From Macrostomum lignano (taxonomy: Eukaryota), in NCBI GenBank assembly GCA_002269645.1, contig NIVC01001255.1:203643-267642 (forward strand): a stretch of DNA of 64,000 nt. The letters run 5' to 3'. This document shows positions 36,901-49,565 of the stretch, piece after piece; the first letter of the stretch is position 1; each line of letters starts with the position of its first letter. Under the pieces are notes generated by a model, which was given only the letters and a program-made list of their open reading frames with translations, did not search any database and was not told the origin of the DNA. Position numbers and translations under genes: made by a program.

Positions 36901-39900
36901 GAGAGTACGGGTGTCAGGAGAGTATGGTTGTCAGGAGAGTACGGGTGTCAGGAGAGTATGGGTGTCAGGAGAGTATGGGTGTCAGGAGAATATGGGTGTC
37001 AGGAGAGTACGGGTGTCAGGAGAGTATGGTGTCAGGAGAGTATGGGTGTCAGGAGAATATGGGTGTCAGGAGAGTATGGGTGTCAGGAGAGTATGGGTGT
37101 CAGGAGAGTATGGGTGTCAGGAGAATATGGGTGTCAGGAGAGTATGGGTGTCAGGAGAGTATGGGTGTCAGGAGAATATGGGTGTCAGGAGAGTATGGGT
37201 GTCAGGAGAGTATGGGTGTCAGGAGAGTATGGGTGTCAGGAGAATATGGGTGTCAGGAGAGTACGGGTGTCAGGAGAGTATGGGTGTCAGGAGAGTATGG
37301 GTGTCAGGAGATATGGGTGTCAGGAGAGTACTGGGTGTCAGGAGATGGGTGTCAGGAGAGAACTGAGGTGTCAGGAGTATGGGTGTCAGGAGAGTATGGG
37401 TGTCAGGAGAGTATGGGTGTCAGGAGAGTATGGGTGTCAGGAAGTATGGGTGTCAGGAGAGTATGGGTGTCAGGAGAGATATGGGTGTCAGGAGAGTACG
37501 GTGTCAGGAGAGTACGGGTGTCAGGAGAGTATGGGTGTCAGGAGAGTACGGGTTGTCAGGAGAGTACGGGTGTCAGGAGAGTATGGGTGTCAGGAGAGTA
37601 TGGTGTCAGGAGAGTATGGGTGTCAGGAGAGTATGGGTGTCAGGAGAGTATGGGTGTCAGGAGAGTATGGTGTCAGGAGAGTATGGGTGTCAGGAGAGTA
37701 TGGGTGTCAGGAGAGTATGGGTGTCAGGAGAATATGGGTGTCAGGAGAGTACGGGTGTCAGGAGAGTATGGTTGTCAGGAGAGTATGGGTGTCAGGAGAA
37801 TATGGGTGTCAGGAGAGTACGGGTGTCAGGAGAGTATGGTTGTCAGGAGAGTATGGGTGTCAGGAGAATATGGGTGTCAGGAGAGTATGGTTGTCAGGAG
37901 AGTATGGGTGTCAGGAGAGTATGGGTGTCAGGAGAGTATGGTGTCAGGAGAGTATGGGTGTCAGGAGAATATGGGTGTCAGGAGAGTACGGGTGTCAGGA
38001 GAGTATGGGTGTCAGGAGAGTATGGGTGTCAGGAGAGTACGGGTGTCAGGAGAGTATGGGTGTCAGGAGAGTATGGGTGTCAGGAGAGTATGGGTGTCAG
38101 GAGAGTACGGGTGTCAGGAGAGTATGGGTGTCAGGAGAGTATGGGTGTCAGGAGAGTATGGGTGTCAGGAGAGTATGGTGTCAGGAGAGTATGGGTGTCA
38201 GGAGAGTATGGGTGTCAGGAGAGTATGGTGTCAGGAGAATATGGGTGTCAGGAGAGTATGGGTGTCAGGAGAGTATGGTGTCAGAGAGTATGGGTGTCAG
38301 GAGAGTATGGTGTCAGGAGAGTATGGTGTCAGGAGAGTATGGGTGTCAGGAGAGTATGGGTGTCAGGAGAGTATGGGTGTCAGGAGAGTATGGTTGTCAG
38401 GAGAGTATGGGTGTCAGGAGAATATGGGTGTCAGGAGAGTACGGGTGTCAGGAGAGTATGGTTGTCAGGAGAGTATGGGTGTCAGGAGAATATGGGTGTC
38501 AGGAGAGTACGGGTGTCAGGAGAGTATGGTTGTCAGGAGAGTATGGGTGTCAGGAGAGTATGGTTGTCAGGAGAGTATGGGTGTCGGGTGTCAGGAGAGT
38601 ATGGTTGTCAGGAGAGTATGGTTGTCAGGAGAGTATGGGTGTCAGGAGAGTATGGGTGTCAGGAGAGTACGGGTGTCAGGAGAGTATGGTTGTCAGGAGA
38701 GTATGGGTGTCAGGAGAATATGGGTGTCAGGAGAGTACGGGTGTCAGGAGAGTATGGGTGTCAGGAGAGTATGGGTGTCAGGAGAGTACGGGTGTCAGGA
38801 GAGTATGGTGTCAGGAGAGTATGGGTGTCAGGAGAGTATGGTGTCAGGAGAGTACGGGTGTCAGGAGAGTATGGGTGTCAGGAGAGTATGGGTGTCAGGA
38901 GAGTACGGGTGTCAGGAGAGTATGGTGTCAGGAGAGTATGGGTGTCAGGAGAATATGGGTGTCAGGAGAGTATGGGTGTCAGGAGAATATGGGTGTCAGG
39001 AGAGTACGGGTGTCAGGAGAGTATGGTTGTCAGGAGAGTATGGGTGTCAGGAGAATATGGGTGTCAGGAGAGTATGGTGTCAGGAGAGTATGGTGTCAGG
39101 AGAGTATGGGTGTCAGGAGAGTATGGGTGTCAGGAGAATATGGGTGTCAGGAGAGTACGGGTGTCAGGAGAGTATGGTTGTCAGGAGAGTATGGGTGTCA
39201 GGAGAGTATGGTGTCAGGAGAGTACGGGTGTCAGGAGAGTATGGTTGTCAGGAGAGTATGGGTGTCAGGAGAGTATGGGTGTCAGGAGAGTATGGTTCAG
39301 GAGAGTATGGGTGTCAGGAGAATATGGGTGTCAGGAGAGTATGGTGTCAGGAGAATATGGGTGTCAGGAGAGTACGGGTGTCAGGAGAGTATGGTTGTCA
39401 GGAGAGTATGGGTGTCAGGAAGAATATGGGTGTCAGGAGAGTATGGTGTCAGGAGAGTACGGGTGTCAGGAGAGTATGGGTGTCAGGAGAGTATGGGTGT
39501 CAGGAGAATATGGGTGTCAGGAGAGTACGGGTGTCAGGAGAGTATGGTGTCAGGAGAGTATGGGTGTCAGGAGAATATGGGTGTCAGGAGAGTATGGGTG
39601 TCAGGAGAGTATGGGTGTCAGGAGAATATGGGTGTCAGGAGAGTATGGGTGTCAGGAGAATATGGGTGTCAGGAGAGTATGGGTGTCAGGAGAATATGGG
39701 TGTCAGGAGAGTACGGGTGTCAGGAGAGTATGGTTGTCAGGAGAGTATGGGTGTCAGGAGAATATGGGTGTCAGGAGAGTACGGGTGTCAGGAGAGATGG
39801 GTGTCAGGAGATGGGTGTCAGGAGATATGGGTGTCAGGAGAGTAGGGTGTCAGGAGTATGGGTGTCAGGAGAGAACTGGGTGTCAGGAGAGTATGGGTGT

Positions 39901-42900
39901 CAGGAGAGTATGGGTGTCAGGAGAGTATGGGTGTCAGGAGAGTATGTGTCAGGAAGATATGGGTGTCAGGAGAGTATGGGTGTCAGGAGAGTATGGTGTC
40001 AGGAGAGTACGGGTGTCAGGAGAGTATGGTGTCAGGAGAGTATGGGTGTCAGGAGAGTACGGGTGTCAGGAGAGTACGGGTGTCAGGAGAGTATGGGTGT
40101 CAGGAGAGTATGGTTGTCAGGAGAGTATGGGTGTCAGGAGAATACGGGTGTCAGGAGAGTATGGTGTCAGGAGAGTATGGGTGTCAGGAGAATATGGGTG
40201 TCAGGAGAGTACGGGTGTCAGGAGAGTATGGTTGTCAGGAGAGTATGGGTGTCAGGAGAGTATGGGTGTCAGGAGAGTATGGGTGTCAGGAGAGTACGGG
40301 TGTCAGGAGAGTATGGTTGTCAGGAGAGTATGGGTGTCAGAGAATATGGGTGTCGGGTGTCAGGAGAGTATGGTTGTCAGGAGAGTATGGTGTCAGGAGA
40401 GTATGGGTGTCAGGAGAGTATGGGTGTCAGGAGAGTATGGGTGTCAGGAGAGTATGGTGTCAGGAGAGTATGGGTGTCAGGAGAATATGGGTGTCAGGAG
40501 AGTACGGGTGTCAGGAGAGTATGGGTGTCAGGAGAATATGGGTGTCAGGAGAGTACGGGTGTCAGGAGAGTATGGTGTCAGGAGAGTACGGGTGTCAGGA
40601 GAGTATGGTAGTCAGGAGAGTATGGTAGTCAGGAGAGTACGGGTGTCAGGAGAATATGGGTGTCAGGAGAGTATGGGTGTCAGGAGAGTACGGGTGTCAG
40701 GAGAGTATGGTTGTCAGGAGAGTATGGGTGTCAGGAGAATATGGGTGTCAGGAGAGTATGGTGTCAGGAGAATATGGGTGTCAGGAGAGTACGGGTGTCA
40801 GGAGAGTATGGTTGTCAGGAGAGTATGGGTGTCAGGAGAATATGGGTGTCAGGAGAGTATGGGTGTCAGGAGAATATGGGTGTCAGGAGAGTACGGGTGT
40901 CAGGAGAGTATGGTTGTCAGGAGAGTACGGGTGTCAGGAGAGTATGGTAGTCAGGAGAGTACGGGTGTCAGGAGAGTATGGTTGTCAGGAGAGTATGGGT
41001 GTCAAGAGAATATGGGTGTCAGGAGAGTATGGTTGTCAGGAGAGTATGGGTGTCAGGAGAATATGGGTGTCAGGAGAGTATGGTTGTCAGGAGAATATGG
41101 GTGTCAGGAGAGTACGGGTGTCAGGAGAGTATGGTTGTCAGGAGAATATGGGTGTCAGGAGAGTACGGGTGTCAGGAGAGTATGGTTGTCAGGAGAGTAC
41201 GGGTGTCAGGAGAGTATGGTTGTCAGGAGAGTATGGGTGTCAGAGAATATGGGTGTCAGGAGAGTACGGGTGTCAGGAGAGTATGGTGTCAGGAGAGTAC
41301 GGGTGTCAGGAGAGTATGGTTGTCAGGAGAGTATGGGTGTCAGGAGAATATGGGTGTCAGGAGAGTACGGGTGTCAGGAGAGTATGGGTGTCAGGAGAGT
41401 ATGGGTGTCAGGAGAGTATGGTGTCAGGAGAGTATGGGTGTCAGGAGAATATGGGTGTCAGGAGAGTATGGGTGTCAGGAGAGTATGGGTGTCAGGAGAG
41501 TATGGGTGTCAGGAGAATATGGGTGTCAGGAGAGTACGGGTGTCAGGAGAGTATGGGTGTCAGGAGAATATGGGTGTCAGGAGAGTACGGGTGTCAGGAG
41601 AGTATGGTTGTCAGGAGAGTATGGGTGTCAGAGAATATGGGTGTCAGGAGAGTACGGGTGTCAGGAGAGTATGGGTGTCAGGAGAGTACGGGTGTCAGGA
41701 GAGTATGGTTGTCAGGAGAGTATGGGTGTCAAGAGAATATGGGTGTCAGGAGAGTACGGGTGTCAGGAGAGTATGGTTGTCAGGAGAGTATGGGTGTCAG
41801 GAGAGTATGGTGTCAGGAGAGTATGGGTGTCAGGAGAATATGGGTGTCAGGAGAGTACGGGTGTCAGGAGAGTATGGTTGTCAGGAGAGTATGGGTGTCA
41901 AGAGAATATGGGTGTCGGGTGTCAGGAGAGTATGGTTGTCAGGAGAGTATGGTGTCAGGAGAGTATGGGTGTCAGGAGAGTATGGGTGTCAGGAGAGTAC
42001 GGGTGTCAGGAGAGTATGGTTGTCAGGAGAGTATGGGTGTCAGGAGAATATGGGTGTCAGGAGAGTACGGGTGTCAGGAGAGTATGGGTGTCAGGAGAGT
42101 ATGGGTGTCAGGAGAGTACGTGTCAGGAGAGTATGGTGTCAGGAGAGTATGGGTGTCAGGAGAGTATGGTGTCAGGAGAGTACGGGTGTCAGGAGAGTAT
42201 GGTGTCAGGAGAGTATGGGTGTCAGGAGAATATGGGTGTCAGGAGAGTACGGGTGTCAGGAGAGTATGGTTGTCAGGAGAGTATGGGTGTCAGGAGAATA
42301 TGGGTGTCAGGAGAGTACGGGTGTCAGGAGAGTATGGTTGTCAGGAGAGTATGGGTGTCAAGAGAATATGGGTGTCAGGAGAGTACGGGTGTCAGGAGAG
42401 TATGGTTGTCAGGAGAGTACGGGTGTCAGGAGAGTATGGTTGTCAGGAGAGTATGGGTGTCAGGAGAATATGGGTGTCAGGAGAGTACGGGTGTCAGGAG
42501 AGTATGGGTGTCAGGAGAGTATGGGTGTCAGGAGAGTATGGTTGTCAGGAGAGTATGGGTGTCAGGAGAATATGGTGTCAGGAGAGTATGGGTGTCAGGA
42601 GAATATGGGTGTCAGGAGAGTACGGGTGTCAGGAGAGTATGGTTGTCAGGAGAGTATGGGTGTCAGGAGAATATGGGTGTCAGGAGAGTACGGGTGTCAG
42701 GAGAGTATGGTTGTCAGGAGAGTATGGGTGTCAGAGAATATGGGTGTCGGAGAGTGTCAGGAGAGTATGGTTGTCAGGAGAGTATGGGTGTCAGGAGAGT
42801 ATGGGTGTCAGGAGAGTATGGGTGTCAGGAGAGTATGGGTGTCAGGAGAGTATGGTGTCAGGAGAGTATGGGTGTCAGGAGAATATGGTGTCAGGAGAGT

Positions 42901-44540
42901 ACGGGTGTCAGGAGAGTATGGGTGTCAGGAGAGTATGGGTGTCAGGAGAGTATGGGTGTCAGGAGAGTATGGTTGTCAGGAGAGTACGGGTGTCAGGAGA
43001 GTATGGTTGTCAGGAGAGTATGGGTGTCAGGAGAATATGGGTGTCAGGAGAGTATGGGTGTCAGGAGAGTACGGGTGTCAGGAGAGTATGGTTGTCAGGA
43101 GAGTATGGGTGTCAGGAGAATATGGGTGTCAGGAGAGTATGGTGTCAGGAGAGTATGGGTGTCAGGAGAGTATGGGTGTCAGGAGAGTATGGGTGTCAGG
43201 AGAATATGGGTGTCAGGAGAGTATGGGTGTCAGGAGAGTATGGTTGTCAGGAGAGTATGGGTGTCAGGAGAGTATGGGTGTCAGGAGAGTATGGGTGTCA
43301 GGAGAGTATGGGTTGTCAGGAGAGTATGGGTGTCAGGAGAGTATGGGTGTCAGGAGAGTATGGTGTCAGGAGAGTATGGGTGTCAGGAGAGTATGGGTGT
43401 CAGGAGAGTATGGTTGTCAGGAGAATATGGGTGTCAGGAGAGTATGGGTGTCAGGAGAGTATGGTTGTCAGGAGAGTATGGGTGTCAGGAGAATATGGGT
43501 GTCAGGAGAGTATGGTTGTCAGGAGAGTACGGGTGTCAGGAGAGTATGGGTGTCAGGAGAGTATGGGTGTCAGGAGAATATGGGTGTCAGGAGAGTATGG
43601 GTGTCAGGAGAGTATGGTTGTCAGGAGAGTATGGGTGTCAGGAGAGTATGGTTGTCAGGAGAGTATGGGTGTCAGGAGAATATGGGTGTCAGGAGAGTAT
43701 GGTTGTCAGGAGAGTATGGGTGTCAGGAGAATATGGGTGTCAGGAGAGTATGGGTGTCAGGAGAATATGGGTGTCAGGAGAGTATGGGTGTCAGGAGAAT
43801 ATGGGTGTCAGGAGAGTACGGGTGTCAGGAGAGTATGGTGTCAGGAGAGTATGGGTGTCAGGAGAATATGGGTGTCAGGAGAGTACGGGTGTCAGGAGAG
43901 TATGGTTGTCAGGAGAGTATGGGTGTCAGGAGAATATGGGTGTCAGGAGAGTATGGTGTCAGGAGAGTATGGGTGTCAGGAGAATATGGGTGTCAGGAGA
44001 GTATGGGTGTCAGGAGAATATGGGTGTCAGGAGAGTATGGGTGTCAGGAGAATATGGGTGTCAGGAGAGTACGGGTGTCAGGAGAGTATGGTTGTCAGGA
44101 GAGTATGGGTGTCAGGAGAATATGGGTGTCAGGAGAGTACGGGTGTCAGGAGAGAACTGAGGTGTCAGGAGAGACTGAGGTGTCAGGAGATATGGGTGTC
44201 AGGAGAGAACTGAGGTGTCAGGAGTATGGGTGTCAGGAGAGAACTGAGGTGTCAGGAAAGTATGGGTGTCAGGAGAGTATGGGTGTCAGGAGAGAGTATG
44301 GGTGTCAGGAGAGTACGTGTGTCAGAAGATAGTACGGGTGTCAGGAGAGTATGGGTGTCAGGAGAGAACTAAGTTGTCAGGAGAGTACGGCTGTCAGGAG
44401 AGTACCGGTGTCAGGAGAGTTCGGGTGTCAGGAGAGTACGGGTGTCAGGAGAGTACGGGTGTCAGGAGAGTACGAGTGTCAGGAGAGTACGGGTGTCAGG
44501 AGAGTATGGTTGTCAGGAGAGTACGGGTGTCAGGAGAGTA
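30899..44540. repeat. 17-bp satellite (GTCAGGAGARTAYGGKT), about 13.6 kb, about 800 units, with higher-order structure
   Basis: Four main variants (GTATGGG, GTATGGT, GTACGGG, ATATGGG) often occur as a 68-bp 4-mer. The 17-aa periodic ORFs in all three + frames are artefacts. Confidence 0.97.
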
Positions 44541-46003
44541 CTGGCTGGGCTTCAAGTCAGATGTATAAGATGCAGCGAAGTCAGCTATTTTTTCCATTTC
44601 AACTAGGAGGCCAATCTTTTATCTATTTCCGTTTTAAAAGGTTTGTTTATTTAAAGTTAAACAGTAGAAGGATTCAACGAGTTGGTCGGATTAGTCTTTA
44701 AAGGAAATATAGATAACAAAACTCGCTATAGGCTGCAGCGCTCAGAATGGAATAAAATTTTCCGGACTAAAAAACGATTAAAAGTTTTTGTTTTACTGTC
44801 TGCTGGGGTCGGGTTAAACAAAACATAACAGTGCACAATAACGCACAGAGTCTAAAATGTTAAAGGGGCTTTTAGAGAGAATGAGAGAGAAGTCTGCGAG
44901 TTAAACTAAATATTTCTCTACTCAAGCAATCCGTGCTCAGCTGCTAATTAAGATAATTAGCTCGATTATTTTGTCTCTCATTTTCTCTCCTGATTGCCAT
45001 ATATAGAAACATAATTCCGCGAATGAAACGATAGCAAAAATGTCGAAACATCGAAAGAACAAGAACAGCTTTTTGTCTTTTTTAAATAGCTATTGCTCCT
45101 TAGTCAAGGTGGGATTTTGATAACAGCTTCAAAGGAATATTGCTTAATAATAGGCCGCACTTATTACCGGTTTCCAGAGAGCAGTTATAACAAATTACTT
45201 ACTTTGGTCGGTCTTAGATAATTAATAATAAAATCTAAAGCCTAAAACGGCACACTTATTGGGCATGGCTTCGCAATGAAAGATAAAAGCGGGTTGCATG
45301 AAAGCGTGTTTCGAAACGCTGCACAAGTGGTACAAAAAATTGCATTGTGCCAATTTAAAAAGCGGCTTGGTCTACAGAACTTTGGACAAATAAAAAACAA
45401 CATCAGCTTGATTTTACTATCGAAAGAGTTTCGCTTACAACAGAATTAATAATTAATTAAGCTGAGCAGTGCGCATTAGAAAGCAAAAAAACTAAAGCTG
45501 TTTGACTTGACACTGCCATCAAGCTGAACGCGTGAACAGATTTTTTATCATAATTTTTTAAATAGATTCCTAATAATATAGTATTTTGAAAGCTACACAA
45601 CACAATTCTGGCGGAGACAATTAAAAAGCTGACAGAGATTAACATGCATACAGAGAAGTTCTATAAAGTACACGAGATAATTGGAGCAGCCGGACAGGAA
45701 GGAGCTTTTAGAGCCATATCTAAACTTTTTAAATATACATGTAGCTTTGCTTTTATGTACGAGCGTGAAATTCGACTAAGCTATTTTTAGACTGCTTTTA
45801 TCAGACTTATCACACGGGCTCTGTACATTCTGGCTGCGTACTCAGCCCCCTCTGTGGGGGGAGGCAAAGTGAATTAACTCCAACCAATCAGAGTCCAGCC
45901 CAGCCTAAACCAAGGGGACGAAATTAAAGCACCCCCACCCCAAGCACAGCGCAGCAAAAGGCGGTAATGAATATGTGCATTTAGCTTAGCTTGAAGGGAA
46001 CAT

Positions 46004-49000
46004 TCAGTCAAACCGTTGATCTGGCTTGTCGTGACTTTCCGCCATAAACTCTGCCGCCTGTTTGTCCATGTCCGCCTGGATGACTGCCGGAGGCTGGGCG
46101 CCCTCCTGCCACACGGACACGAGTCGCTGCTTGTCAATCACCAGACGTTGCTCCGGCCGTCTGGGATTAACATAGTACCGAGTTCGCTGTTCGAGACGCA
46201 TTACCAGACTGTCAAAACGGAGAATGGTAATTGCTGCTTGTCAGTCACTTCTGTTCGGTTTTGCGATTATTATTGATAGGCCAAAGATGCGCTCACTAGA
46301 AGAAAAGAAAGAGTGAACTAGAAACCTTTCTAGAGGATTTCAATGGCTCGGAAATTTCAAAGAAATTTTCCCTTCAAATCAGAGCAAAGATCAAAAGAGC
46401 TGGACAGGACATGATTTGAGACCCCGAACCCGAACTAACCCCCGTGGCACGTCAATATAGCATGCACTTGGGAAAGTTATGCGGGAATGTCATGCACACA
46501 GCAATTGAGCCCCAGTTTTGTAGCGAGGCACATACGAAGTACAAAATTTACTAATTTGTATTCTTGATATTTAAAGACTTCTATCAGTTGTCAAATTTAG
46601 TAAATTGACTGATGCCAGCTGGTATCTTGGTCTTCAGTTTAACATCCTGAATCTGAAGGTCCCAACCAATTCTGCCAATTCTTAAATCTATTATTGAGAA
46701 GCAATTCATACTCACTAGATTGTCCAGGACAGGACGATCCTCTCTCATCCTCATCTCCATGGTTGATGATGCAGGCATGTATAAATATAGTTATTTTTCG
46801 GAGAGAATTGCAGACAGAACAGGGAAACGAAAAAGCACAAACAAAGGCTTGCGAAATATGCGGAATACAAATAAGGAACACAGCAAAGCAGCAAAAATGT
46901 TATTGAGGACTGAAAAGCTTCAATCGATTTTCAATTTGGGATTGTCTTTTGAAAAAAATATGAAAAAAATATTTTCAAGAGCGATCCTAGAGTCAGTTAT
47001 TAATATTTTTGCACGGCACAGCAGACAAAAAGCAAAATCCTGTTGTTGCTATCAGCGTCTCTTTTGTGCCATCCTTTTTCTCTACCTCGCCGAACTGTTG
47101 TCGCCATGTTCATCTAAAATGATTGAGCAAGGAATTGCGAATAAGATTGATTGATTGATTAAAGTTAATTAATTAAACAGATACTGGGATCCTGCTGTCA
47201 CCCTGAGCCAGATTAAAACTAAAAGCAATATATAATCTGAGAAATTGCACTCAGCTATACGGAACCAACTAAATCTGGACTGTTTTATTGGAGGTTCGAA
47301 TACAACCATGCTCTATTTTGAGTTAGCTAGCATACCCGAAACTAAGTAATATTCTCATATGACGTCAGTTACTCCATTACCCTGATTAACTGAGCCCCTC
47401 CACTACAGTCGATAAGCCCCATTTCGATATTGAATATGGGATTAAAGGATTGGAAAAATTTAGACTCTTTATAGATAACTTAATGAACTGATAAGGTCAT
47501 GAGGTGCTTCTATCCTAGTCTGCTTTACTCATCTCTTGATCCCTCTATCCTAGTCTGCTTTACTCATCTCTTGATTCCTCTATCCTAGTCTGCTTTACTT
47601 ATCTCTTGATTCCTCTATCCTAGTCTGCTTTACTCATCTCTTGATTCCTCTATCCTAGTCTGCTTTACTCATCTCTTGATTCCTCTATCCTAGTCTGCTT
47701 TACTCATCTCTTGATTCCTCTATCCTAGTCTGCTTTACTTATCTCTTGATTCCTCTATCCTAGTCTGCTTTACTTATCTCTTGATTCCTCTATCCTAGTC
47801 TGCTTTACTCATCTCTTGATTCCTCTATCCTAGTCTGCTTTACTCATCTCTTGATTCCCCTATACTAGTCTGCTTTACTCATCTCTTGATTCCTCTATCC
47901 TAGTCTGCTTTACTCATCTCTTGATCCCTCTATCCTAGTCTGCTTTACTCATCTCTTGATTCCTCTATCCTAGTCTGCTTTACTCATCTCTTGATTCCTC
48001 TATCCTAGTCTGCTTTACTCATCTCTTGATTCCTCTATCCTAGTCTGCTTTAATCATCTCTTGATTCCTCTATCCTAGTCTGCTTTACTCATCTCTTGAT
48101 TCCCCTATCCTAGTCTGCTTTACTTATCTCTTGATCTCTCTATCCTAGTCTACTTTACTCATCTCTTGATTCCCCTATCCTAGTCTGCTTTTCTCATCTC
48201 TTGATTCCCCTATACTAGTCTGCTTTACTCATCTCTTGATTCCTCTATCCTAGTCTGCTTTTCTCATCTCTTGATTCCTCTATCCTAGTCTGCTTTACTC
48301 ATCTCTTGATTCCCCTATCCTAGTCTGCTTTACTTATCTCTTGATCTCTCTATCCTAGTCTGCTTTACTCATCTCTTGATTCCTCTATCCTAGTCTGCTT
48401 TACTCATCTCTTGATTCCTCTATCCTAGTCTGCTTTACTCATCTCTTGATTCCTCTATCCTAGTCTGCTTTACTCATCTCTTGATCTCTCTATCCTAGTC
48501 TGCTTTACTCATCTCTTGATTCCTCTATCCTAGTCTGCTTTACTCATCTCTTGATCTCTCTATCCTAGTCTGCTTTACTCATCTGTTGATTCCTCTATCC
48601 TAGTCTGCTTTACTCATCTCTTGATTCCCCTATACTAGTCTGCTTTACTCATCTCTTGATCTCTCTATCCTAGTCTGCTTTACTCATCTCTTGATTCCTC
48701 TATCCTAGTCTGCTTTACTCATCTCTTGATCTCTCTATCACAGTATAGTACCATCGGCGCCTCCGTGGCCTTCCCGGTCGGGCAACCGCAGGCCCTCCCG
48801 GTCGAAGATATGATCGTGCTCTCTGGGGTCCACTTCCACGGCGTAGTCGTCGTCCATGCTGATGGAGGAAGCCAAGTCAGCCTCGGCTGCAGATTTCCAG
48901 CCGAAGGCCGCGCCGCAGCGTTTTCCCTGGCTCTGCCGCTTCTGCTGCTCTCCAGTTGTCTGCGATGCGTCGGACTGTTCCGAGACTTCAGACGTTGCTG

Positions 49001-49103
49001 ACTCGGATCCATCCGATTGATGGCTTTCCTCCATGTGAAACAGCTGCTGACTCTCATCCGCTGATGCTGCTGCTGCCGCTTCGTCTTCCATTGTTTCGCT
49101 CAT
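46004..49103 (-). CDS. Candidate ankyrin C-terminal exons, or a short internal-start isoform or separate gene
   Basis: A phase-consistent GT-AG chain: 49103-48752 (phase 1), 28-nt microexon 47113-47086 (phase 2), 46208-46004 (stop). It reads MSETMEDEA...GADDEHGDNSSASLVMRLEQRTRYYV...QRFD*. The link to upstream ankyrin exons is not established. Confidence 0.5.
47508..48739. repeat. 35-bp minisatellite (CTCTATCCTAGTCTGCTTTACTCATCTCTTGATTC), about 35 copies, intronic
   Basis: Highly homogeneous tandem copies ending about 12 nt from the donor at 48751. Confidence 0.95.
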
Positions 49104-49238
49104 TTTTATTGTCTTATATGTGCATCTGCCACTCCAACTCAAAGACTTATTGCGGAGGCTAACTACGCTCGTAACTGATTCACGCTGTGTACCCTCTCTG
49201 AGCTAGCTTAAAGCCTACCTGCTCTTAAATTTCGCCAG

Positions 49239-49267
49239 CCAATGACGTAAATCTTTGTCACTATTGG
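49239..49267. promoter_or_regulatory. Inverted CCAAT pair flanking a CRE-like TGACGTAA; possible internal promoter
   Basis: CCAAT at 49239-49243, TGACGTAA at 49243-49250 and ATTGG at 49263-49267, about 135-165 bp upstream of ATG 49103. This is motif evidence only. Confidence 0.25.
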
Positions 49268-49565
49268 CTAGCTATACTATGGCTAATGCAAAGTTCGATG
49301 ACTACTAACAGTAGCTTTGAAGCAGTTAGGGTATTGAAATGATTAATTATCAAGAGAGTTCAAATCGACGCAGAAGAGAAAATAGGAGTCTTAAACCCGA
49401 ACTATTGGCTGTAAAATTAATCTTTTTAGAAAAATGATTGCATTGTTAGCGTATGCTAATGAGGATAAACTGGACTGCGACACGCGAGGATTAGCACACC
49501 ACAAGACTACATACATCATGCAAGCAAGCTCATACGGTACTAACTTCTACGAAATTAAATGAATG

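Noticed and set aside
30894-44701. Huge ORFs (up to 2317 aa) of GVRRVWVSGEYGCQESM repeats
   Set aside because: The 17-bp unit lacks plus-strand stops, so all three frames are open. There are no unique domains or splice context, and frames switch at monomer indels.
46584-46778. Possible extra ankyrin exon ending CTA|GTGAGT
   Set aside because: I found no usable upstream AG acceptor, and its phase does not fit the 46208 exon.
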